This document shows, piece by piece, positions 10,068 to 17,352 of a stretch of 64,000 bases of DNA (its first letter is position 1; each line of letters begins with the position of its first letter). The notes under the pieces were generated by a model. That model was given only the letters and a program-made list of their open reading frames with translations, did no database searches and was not told the origin of the DNA. A program made the position numbers and the translations under genes. This stretch comes from an uncultured Thermoleophilia bacterium (GTDB taxonomy: Bacteria > Actinomycetota > Thermoleophilia > UBA2241), in assembly GCA_963834905.1 (NCBI GenBank), contig CAWIDR010000006.1, positions 1,388 to 65,387 of the forward strand. Reading direction: 5' to 3'.

Positions 10068-10102
10068 TTCCACGATGCGGACACGCTGTCCCGCATCATG
10101 GG
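10068..10102. promoter_or_regulatory. Pair of candidate operator sites in inverted orientation: TTCCACGATGCGGAC (10068-10082) and GTCCCGCATCATGGG (10088-10102, reverse complement CCCATGATGCGGGAC)
   Basis: Located in the divergent intergenic region between alpha2-beta2 (minus) and mobA-mobB (plus). Both sites carry the GATGCGG core seen at 452-486 and 17256-17270. Confidence 0.45.
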
Positions 10103-10187
10103 CATCGTATCGACGGCGGGACGGGAAGTCAAGCGCGGCCGCCGCTGCGGCCGCGCTCGCGCCGCATGAGCTAGACTCCACCTCGCC

Positions 10188-11352
10188 ATGGACCCTCTGG
10201 ACACAGCCCGGGAACGCGGTGCGGATCGGCGTCCTGCTCGCCGGCGGCGAGTCGCGGCGCATGGGCCGCGACAAGCGCGGGCTGCGCCTGGGCGGCGAGA
10301 CGCTGCTGCAGCGCAACCTCGCGTTTCTGCGGCGGCGTGTTCCCCGTCGTCGGCCTGTCGGTGCGGAGCGCCGCCCAGGCGCCGGCGGACCTGCCCGACG
10401 GCGTCGTCGTGATCCCCGACGAGGTGCCCGGGCTCGCCGATCGGCGGGCTCGCCGGCGATCCTCGCGCACGGTTCGGCGAGCCCGTCTTCGCCCTGGCGG
10501 CCGACCTCATCGCGCCCGAGCCCGCGCGCGGTGGGGCGCGTGCTCGACGCCTTCGGCGGCGTGGACGTGTCGCTGCCCGTCGCGGAGGACCACCTCGAGC
10601 CGCTGCACGCCGTGTACGGGCCCGGCTGCCTGCCGCACATGCGGCGCTGCTCGCGGCCGGCGCGCACAGCATCCTCGACCTCTTCCCGCTCGTGCGCGTG
10701 GCGCGCGTGCCGTTCGCCGACACGTCGCCGTTCTTCAACGTCAACACGCCGGCGGACTGGACCGAGGCCCAGCGCCGGCTGGGCGGCGGCGCGGAGCCGG
10801 CGCAGGCTCCGGCCTCCGACGAGGCCGGCGCCGGCGCAGACGAGGCCGTCGGCGCCGGTCGTCCTCGGAGTCGTCGGCCGGCCCGAACAGCGGCAAGACG
10901 ACGCTCATCGAGAAGCTGATCCCCGAGTTCACCCGCCTCGGCCTGCGCGTCGGCGCCGTCAAGCGCGTGGCGAAGTTCGACATCGACATGCCCGGCAAGG
11001 ACTCCTGGCGCCACTGGCAGGCCGGCGCCGACGCCTACACCGTCGCGTCGGCGTGCAAGGCTCGCCTTCGTGCGCGCCGCAGACGAGAGAGGCGGGCCTC
11101 GAGGAGATCGTCGCCCGCTACTTCGGCGGCTACGACGTGGTCGTGTGCGAGGGGTACAGGCGCGAGGCGCCGGACGTCGTGGAGGTGTTCCGGTCCGGCG
11201 CCGGGTACGAGTCCGCCGTCTGCGAGCCGGGCGAGCCGCTGGCGCTCGTCACCGACGCCGGCTTCGCGCACGAGCATCGCTTCGGGCTCGACGACAGCGC
11301 CGCGCTGGCGGCGTTCCTCGTCGAGCGCCTCGGACTGACCGCTCGCGCGTGA
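10188..11352 (+). pseudogene. mobA: Molybdenum cofactor guanylyltransferase MobA apparently fused to MobB; at least 6 frame changes
   Basis: - MobA motifs across three frames: RIGVLLAGGESRRMGRDKRGLRLGGETLLQRNL, VFPVVGLSVRSAAQAPADLPDGVVVIPDEVPG, VLDAFGGVDVSLPVAEDHLEPLHAVYGPGCLPHM, VARVPFADTSPFFNVNTPADWTEAQRRL.
- An Ala/Glu/Pro linker follows.
- Then MobB: PVVLGVVGRP|NSGKTTLIEKLIPEFTRLGLRVGAVKRVAKFDIDMPGKDSWRHWQAGADAYTVAS...EIVARYFGGYDVVVCEGYRREAPDVVEVFR.

I found no start codon or stop between the two parts. Confidence 0.65.
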
Positions 11353-11392
11353 AGGCCCGGGAGCGGCGCCTCGCGGCGCCGCTCCCGGGCCT
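11353..11392. terminator. Perfect 18-bp GC-rich hairpin between convergent mobB and the small ABM-like gene (bidirectional terminator candidate)
   Basis: aggcccgggagcggcgcc tcgc ggcgccgctcccgggcct, starting directly after the mobB TGA. Confidence 0.55.
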
Positions 11393-11423
11393 TCGTCAGC
11401 TCCCCCGAGCGAAGTCGACCGTC

Positions 11424-11711
11424 CTACGCGTCCGTCTCCATCACGTTCTCGAGCACGACGAAGTCGGGCATGGAGATGTTGCCGGTGGCCCACTTGATCG
11501 CCTCGTTCAACTCCAGTCTCTCGGCGTGCTCGCTGGGCCTGCTCGGCCGTCTGGAACTCGAGGACGACCCAGACATCGTTGTGGTCGACCGCGTTCTGGT
11601 GCACACGCGCGCCCTTGCTGCCCGAGCGGCGACGGCGCTCCTGGTCGTCCAGAAACACCTTCTTGAAGGTCTCGAAGTCGCCGACTTTGTGGTGGATGAG
11701 CAGATCGTCAT
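11424..11711 (-). CDS. Small (about 95-110 aa) ferredoxin-fold / ABM-like protein of unknown function; 2 frame changes
   Basis: The ATG at 11711 follows GGAGGCACCACG. The translation is ...LLIHHKVGDFETFKKVFLDDQERRRRSGSKGARVHQNAVDHNDVWVVLEFQTAEQAQ | EHAERLELNEAIKWATGNISMPDFVVLENVMETDA*. The family call is a weak pattern match. Confidence 0.35.
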   Translation of the reverse strand: MTICSSTTKSATSRPSRRCFWTTRSAVAARAARARVCTRTRSTTTMSGSSSSSRRPSRPSEHAERLELNEAIKWATGNISMPDFVVLENVMETDA

Positions 11712-11771
11712 CGTGGTGCCTCCGGTCCGGGGGAACGAGCGGCGCCACCATATCCGACGCGAGCGCGCGTG

Positions 11772-11806
11772 AAAAGGGGCCGGCGCCGCACTGCGGCGCC
11801 GGCCCC
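11772..11806 (-). terminator. Rho-independent terminator after the aldehyde dehydrogenase gene
   Basis: On the minus strand: GGGGCCGGCGCCGC AGT GCGGCGCCGGCCCC followed by TTTT. Confidence 0.7.
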
Positions 11807-11828
11807 TCTCGTCCCGCTTCTCAGCGCG

Positions 11829-13312
11829 TCACTTGAGGATCTGGTACCAGGGCTTGACGGCTTCGCCGGTCAGGTCGATGTACACGTGCTTGGTGTGCGC
11901 GTACTCGTCGAGCGCCATCGTCGAGAGGTCCTTGCCCCAGCCCGACTGCTTGCAGCCGCCCCAGGGAGTCTCGCAGAAGATGATCAGGTGCTCGTTGATC
12001 CACGACCGTACCGGCCTCGATCTGGCTCGCCATCACCATGGCCTGGCGCACGTCCTTGGTCCAGACGGAGGCGCTGAGGCCGTAGGGGGTGTCGTTGGTC
12101 AGGCGGACGGCCTCGTCGGGCGTGGAGAAGCGGGCGAGGCCGATGACGGGGCCGAAGACCTCGTGCTGCATCACCGACATGTCGTTGGTGCAGTCGCCGA
12201 AGATGGTCGGCGCGACCCACAGGCCGGCGTCGAACTCCGGTCCCGACGGCCGCTCGCCGCCGAGCAGCAGCGTGGCGCCTTCCTGCTTGGTCGCCTCGAT
12301 GTACGACTCGACCTTGTCGCGGTGACCCGGGTAGCACCACGGGGCCGATCACGGTGGCCAGGTCCATGGGGTCGCCCATCTTGAGCGCCGCGGCGGCGGC
12401 GACGAACTTCTCGGCGAACTCGTCGTACACGGAGTCCTGCACGTAGAAGCGGCTCGCGGCGGCGCACACCTGGCCGGAGTTGAAGAAGGCGCCGAAGGCC
12501 GCGCCCTCCGCGGCGCCGTCGATGTCGGCGTCCTCCATCACGATGAAGGCGTTGTTGCCGCCGAGCTCGAGACCGATGGGCTTCACCGTCTCGCTGGCCA
12601 CGGACATGATGCGCTTGCCGGTCTCGGTGTCGCCGGTGAAGCCGATCTTGGCGATGCCGGGTGCGGACCATCGCCTCGCCCACCGTGCCGCCGGGGCCGG
12701 TGAGGACGTTGACCGCGCCGGGCGGCGCCCGGCCTCAGTGGCAGCTCGGCGAGGCGCAGCGTGGTGAGCGGCGCCACGGTCGGCGGCTTGACGATGCAGG
12801 CGTTGCCGGTGACCAGCGCCGCGCCCAGCTTCCAGACGACCATGAGCGCCGGGAAGTTCCACGGCGTGATCAGACCCACGACGCCGAGCGGCTCGCGCAC
12901 GGTGTACGAGGTCGCCCACGGGCCGACGGGCAGCGTCTCGCCGGTCTGGGCCCGGGCCACCCCGGCGAAGTACTCGAACTGCTCGGCGCAGAGCGGCACG
13001 TCGAAGTTCATGGTCTTGCGCAGCGGCGAGCCGTGCTCGCGCGTCTCGAGCTCGGCGAGCTCGGCGCGTTCTCCATGATCAGCTGCGCCAGCTTGAGGAG
13101 CACCTTGGAGCGGTCCGACGCGGCCGGCCGGCCCAGCCCGGATACGCGGCCTCGCGGCCGCCACGGCCGCATCGACCTCGGCCTGGCCGCACAGCGCCAC
13201 GCGCGCGATCTCTTCACCGTGGCGGGGTTGGTGACGCCGAAGGTCTCGCCGGTGGAGTGTCGGCCCACTCGCCGTTGATGAACGCCTTGTACGTCGGTTG
13301 CGTGGTCGCCAC
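11829..13312 (-). pseudogene. NAD(P)-dependent aldehyde dehydrogenase; about 8 frame changes
   Basis: The GTG at 13312 lies 6 nt after AGGAGG. Fragments read VATTQPTYKAFINGEW..., ...STGETFGVTNPAT..., ELETREHGSPLRKTMNFDVPLCAEQFEYFAG...GVVGLITPWNFPALMVVWKLGAALVTGNACIVKP, KIGFTGDTETGKRIM...LELGGNNAFIV...FFNSGQVCAAASRFYV, HEVFGPVIGLARFSTPDEAVRLTNDTPYGLSASVWT and WINEHL...CKQSGWGKD...KPWYQILK*. The catalytic Cys and ELGG motifs are present. Confidence 0.8.
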
Positions 13313-13473
13313 GGACAGCCTCCTGGGATGAGGGTGAAACGGAGGTACGGTCCTCGCGCTTCCGAGTCCCGTGAGAGTGCGGCGAGCGTAGGAAACCCCT
13401 AGGTTTGTCAATGACCGGCCCGGGCGCGAAGTGGCGTCGTCCCAGCCGCCGGTGGTACCCTCTGGACGTCCAT

Positions 13474-13607
13474 CTCCAAGCCCTTCGCCCTACGGCAGCA
13501 GCTACGGGCGCTGGGCCGTACCACGGACAGACCGTGGGGCGGCGATGTGTGGTCGCCGTCGTGGGCCCGGGTGGAAACGCCCGGACCTCCCCGTGCTTGG
13601 AAAGGAG
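13474..13607 (+). promoter_or_regulatory. Candidate molybdenum-cofactor (Moco) riboswitch in the modA leader
   Basis: The 3' segment is ACCUCCCCGUGCUUGGAAAGGAG, with the RBS inside it. It closely resembles what I remember of the E. coli moaA Moco element (GCCUCCCGUAUCUGGAAAGGUG). CUCCAAGC (13474-81) can pair with GCUUGG..GAG (13595-13607) as a closing helix. Internal hairpins are CCACGG-ACAGA-CCGUGG, GGCGA-UGUGUGG-UCGCC and CCGGG-UGGAAAC-GCCCGG. This has not been verified by a covariance model. Confidence 0.45.
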
Positions 13608-13615
13608 CCAGGGAC

Positions 13616-14524
13616 ATGACCATCCCGACCCATGGTGGTCGGGCCGTCGCAGCCGAGCCGACCGGCGAGGTACGCGCGACGACCCTTCCGCCGCACCATC
13701 CCTCTCGAGGCGCGCAGCGACGCGCCGCCGCCTCCGGCCGCCGTGGCGCGGCCACGCCACCCCGGCGGCCCCTCGCGATCGTCGTCGCGCTGCTCGTGGC
13801 CCTGGCCGTACTGGCCACCGCCTGCGGCTCGGCGTCGGACACGACCGCCGGTCAGCCGCGCGCGCTCAGCGTCTTCGCGGCGGCGTCCCTGACCGACGCC
13901 TTCACGCAGCTGGGCAGCGACTTCACCGCCGCCCACCCGGAGGTGAAGGTCAGCCTCAACTTCGCCGGCAGCAACGACCTGGTGACCCAACTGCAGCAGG
14001 GAGCGCCGGCGGATGTGCTCGCCACCGCCGACACGAGCAGCATGGACGCGGCCGGCGACCTCGTGGGCACGCCGCAGGCGTTCGCCGGCAACAAGCTCGT
14101 CATCGCCGTGGAGCCGGGCGACCCCCAGCACATCACCGGCCTCGCCGACCTGGCGCGCAAGGACCTCAAGGTCGTGCTGGCGGCGCCGGAGGTGCCCGCC
14201 GGCAAGTACGCCCAGGAGGCTCTCGGCAAGGCAGGCGTCACCGTCACGCCCGTCTCCCTCGAAGTCTCCGTGAAGGGCGTCGTCACCAAGGTCTCGCTCG
14301 GTGAGGCCGACGCGGGCATCGTCTACGTCACCGACGTCGCTGCGGCGAAGGGCAAGATCGACGGGGTCGCGATCCCCGACGACCAGAACCTGATCGCGAG
14401 CTACCCGATCGCCACGCTGACCGGCAGCAAGTACCCCGACGACGCCAAGGCCTTCATGGACTTCGTGCTGTCGGACGCCGGCCAGAAGGTCCTCGCCGAC
14501 AACGGGTTCCTGCCCGCGCCGTGA
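13616..14524 (+). CDS. modA: Molybdate ABC transporter substrate-binding lipoprotein
   Basis: The ATG at 13616 follows AAAGGAG. The signal peptide carries a lipobox (LAVLATAC). The mature part reads LSVFAAASLTDAFTQLGSDFTAAHPEVKVSLNFAGSNDLVTQLQQGAPADVLATAD. The frame is intact. Confidence 0.85.
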   Translation: MTIPTHGGRAVAAEPTGEVRATTLPPHHPSRGAQRRAAASGRRGAATPPRRPLAIVVALLVALAVLATACGSASDTTAGQPRALSVFAAASLTDAFTQLGSDFTAAHPEVKVSLNFAGSNDLVTQLQQGAPADVLATADTSSMDAAGDLVGTPQAFAGNKLVIAVEPGDPQHITGLADLARKDLKVVLAAPEVPAGKYAQEALGKAGVTVTPVSLEVSVKGVVTKVSLGEADAGIVYVTDVAAAKGKIDGVAIPDDQNLIASYPIATLTGSKYPDDAKAFMDFVLSDAGQKVLADNGFLPAP

Positions 14525-14698
14525 CCAGCCGCCGCAGCCAGAGCCACGCGCACGGCGGCGATAGCGGCGCGCGCGCGGACGCCCGCGAAAGGGATACGTC
14601 GCCGAGCCTGGCCGTGGTCGCGGGCGACGCGATCTCTCCGCGCGCAGCGGCCCGAGCCGGCGCCGTGGTGGGCCCCGGCCTCCGAGATCGGGCGCGCA

Positions 14699-15493
14699 GT
14701 GCGTCCCGGCGGCGACCGGGCGCCGCTCGGCTTCGTGCCGCTCGCCGTGGTCGCCGTCGTGTTCCTGACCCTGCCGCTGGTCGCCCTGCTGGTGCGCGCC
14801 CCGTGGCGCAGCCTGCCCGGCGACCTGACGGCCCCCGGAGTGCTCACCGCGCTGCGCCTCTCGCTCGTCTGCTCCGTCGGCGCGCTGTGCCTGTCGCTGG
14901 TGTTCGGCGTGCCGCTCGCCTGGCTGCTCGCCCGCGTCCGCTTCCGCGGCCGCAACCTGGTCCGCGCCCTGGTGCTGCTGCCGATGGTGCTGCCGCCGGT
15001 CGTCGGCGGCGTCGCCCTGCTGCTCGCCTTCGGCCGCAACGGGATCGCCGGGCAGTGGCTGGACCGGCTCTTCGGCATCACGCTGCCCTTCTCGACGGCC
15101 GGCGCGATGCTCGCCGAGACGTTCGTCGCCATGCCGTTCCTCGTCATCACCGTCGAGGCCGGGATCCGCGCCATGGACCGGCGCTACGAGGACGCCGCCG
15201 CGACGCTGGGCGCCGGGCGCTGGCGGACCTTCCGCCTGCGTCACGCTGCCCGCTGATCGCGCCGGCGCTCGCTGGCGGGAGGCGCCCTCTGCTGGGCGCG
15301 CGCCCTCGGCGAGTTCGGCGCCACCATCACCTTCGCCGGCAACCTCCCGGGGACGACGCAGACCATGCCGCTCGCCGTGTACCTGGCGCTGCAGAACAAC
15401 GTGGACGCGGCGATCACGCTCAGCCTCGTCATGCTGGCGATCTCGCTCGCCGTGCTCGTCGGCCTCCGCAGCCACTGGTTCCCGTCGCGATGA
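14699..15493 (+). CDS. modB: Molybdate ABC transporter permease; frame disturbed by three closely spaced 1-nt insertions (15237, 15249-51, 15277-79)
   Basis: ...[29 protein letters not shown]...[43 protein letters not shown], then after repair [49 protein letters not shown]...HWFPSR*. An alternative GTG start at 14521 overlaps the modA stop. Confidence 0.8.
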
Positions 15494-15527
15494 GCGCCGC
15501 ACCCACGGACGACAGCGCAGGCCCGGC

Positions 15528-16587
15528 GTGAGCCTCGACGCCGCCATCTCCCTGCGCAAAGGCACGCTCGAGCTCGACGTCGCTCTGACCGTCGAGAGCA
15601 ACGGCGTGGTCGTGCTGCTTGGTCCGAACGCCGCCGGCAAGACCACGCTGCTCCGGGCGCTGGCCGGGCTCGTCCCGCTGGAGCGAGGCCGGGTGGAGCT
15701 CGACGGCGTCGTCCTCGAGGACACCGCCGCGGGCGTGCGCGTGCCGACGGAGCAGCGGCCGGTCGGCGTGGTCTTCCAGGACTACCTGCTGTTCCCGCAC
15801 ATGACGGCGCTCGAGAACGTCGCCTTCGGCCTGCGCTCCCGCGGCGCCGGCCGCGTCCGCGGCGCGGGAGCGCGCGCTGGCGATGCTCGACCGCATGGGA
15901 CTGGCCGACCTGGCCGCGGCGAAGCCCAGGGCGCTCTCGGGAGGCCAGGCCCAGCGCGTCGCCCTGGCGCGCGCGCTCGCCACCGAGCCGCGCCTGCTCC
16001 TGCTGGACGAGCCGCTCTCGGCCATGGACGCCGGCGCCCGCGCCGAACTGCGGCGCGGCCTCACGCGCCACCTCGCCGCCTACGACGGCACCTGCCTGGT
16101 GATCACGCACGACCCGATCGAGGCCATGACGCTCGGCGACCAGCTCGTCGTCCTCGAGAAGGGCCGTGTGGTGCAGGCCGGCAGCCCCGCCGAGCTCTCG
16201 TCGCACCCGCGCTCCCGGTACGTCGCCGACATGCTCGGCCTGAACCTCTACCGCGGCCGGGCCGAGCAGGGAGCGGTCGCGCTCAGCGACGGCCGCCGGC
16301 TGATCGCCGCCGACCCGGTGCCCGAGGACGGCGACGTGTTCGCGGTCATCCCGCCGCGCGCCGTGGCGCTGCACCGCATCCTGCCGGAGGGGTCGCCGAG
16401 GAACGTCTGGAAGGGCGTCGTCGAGGACCTCGACATCGTCGGCAACCACGTGCGCGCGCACGTGGGCGGCGAGCTGCCGATCATCGCCGAGGTGACGCCC
16501 GGCGCCGTCGCCTCGATGCACCTGGACGACGGCGGCCCGGTGTACGTGGCCGTCAAGGCCGTGGAGATCGAGGTCTACGAGGCGTGA
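15528..16587 (+). CDS. modC: Molybdate ABC transporter ATPase with C-terminal TOBE/Mop-like domain; one frame change near 15850
   Basis: Walker A (LLGPNAAGKTT), LSGGQAQRVALARAL and LLLLDEP are present. The C-terminal segment is ...LNLYRGRAEQGAVALSDGRRLIAADPV...VKAVEIEVYEA. Confidence 0.85.
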
Positions 16588-16630
16588 GCCCGGGTTTCCT
16601 CACGCCGGCTTCTTCGCTACGCTCCACGTC

Positions 16631-17164
16631 ATGAGCGAGCGCCGTGAGACAGCAGCCGCGGGCAGACCCGCCCTCGTCGCCATCGTCGGCAAGAGCGACT
16701 CCGGCAAGACGACCCTCATCGAGAAGGTCGTGCCGGAGCTCGTCAAGCTCGGCCTGCGCGTCGGGACGGTCAAGCACGACGCGCACTCCTTCGAGATCGA
16801 CCACCCCGGCAAGGACTCCTGGCGGCACGGCCAGGCCGGCGCCGAGGCCTACGTCATCGCCTCGCCGTCGCGGCTCGCCTTCATCACCAAGCTCGACGGC
16901 GAGCTCGAGCTCACCGAGATCGTCGGCCGCTACTACGACGGCTTCGACATCGTGGTCGCCGAGGGCTACAAGCGCACCGCCCCGCACCGCGTCGAGCTCT
17001 TCCGCGTCGGCGCGGGGCACACCGAGCCGCTCTGCGCGCCCGGCGAGGCGATCGCCCTCGTCACCGACGCGGACCTGGAGCACGAGTACCGCTTCGGCCT
17101 CGAGGACGGAGCCGGCCTCGCCGCGTTTCTCGCCGCCCGCCTCGACGCCCTGCGCGAGTACTGA
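16631..17164 (+). CDS. mobB: Molybdopterin-guanine dinucleotide biosynthesis adaptor protein MobB (second copy)
   Basis: Intact 177 aa: LVAIVGKSDSGKTTLIEKVVPELVKLGLRVGTVKHDAHSFEIDHPGKDSWRH...IVVAEGYKR. Confidence 0.85.
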   Translation: MSERRETAAAGRPALVAIVGKSDSGKTTLIEKVVPELVKLGLRVGTVKHDAHSFEIDHPGKDSWRHGQAGAEAYVIASPSRLAFITKLDGELELTEIVGRYYDGFDIVVAEGYKRTAPHRVELFRVGAGHTEPLCAPGEAIALVTDADLEHEYRFGLEDGAGLAAFLAARLDALREY

Positions 17165-17225
17165 CCGACGGCCGCGGACCCTCGCGGCCCTCGCGCCGCA
17201 CCCTCTTGCGAACGGCGCTTCCCGC

Positions 17226-17254
17226 TTGACATCCCCTCCGCGCGGATGGACGAT
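17226..17254 (+). promoter_or_regulatory. Sigma-70-like promoter candidate TTGACA-17 nt-GACGAT for the alpha3-beta3 operon
   Basis: Read directly from the sequence. The -10 is weak, and the operator pair lies immediately downstream. Confidence 0.3.
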
Positions 17255-17255
17255 G

Positions 17256-17290
17256 CCCGTGATGCGGTCTACCTAATCCGCATTGCGGAA
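17256..17290. promoter_or_regulatory. Pair of candidate operator sites CCCGTGATGCGGTCT (17256-17270) and ATCCGCATTGCGGAA (17276-17290, TCCGCA-T-TGCGGA perfect inverted repeat), 20 bp apart
   Basis: Read directly from the sequence. Same core as the sites at 452-486, 5240-5254 and 10068-10102. Confidence 0.45.
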
Positions 17291-17352
17291 TAGCTCGGAG
17301 TCTCGCGCACCGGCCATCGCACGCGGCTCCGCTTCAGCGACCATGGGGAGGT

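Noticed and set aside
9766-11352. 528-aa plus-strand ORF as a single protein
   Set aside because: Its first ~140 aa are antisense to the alpha2 N-terminus. The remainder weaves in and out of the true MobA/MobB frames.
13502-15724. 740-aa minus-strand ORF
   Set aside because: It is antisense to modA, modB and modC, which have convincing motifs. Its Arg/Gly/Ala/Pro-rich low-complexity translation is typical of off-frame reading in GC-rich DNA.
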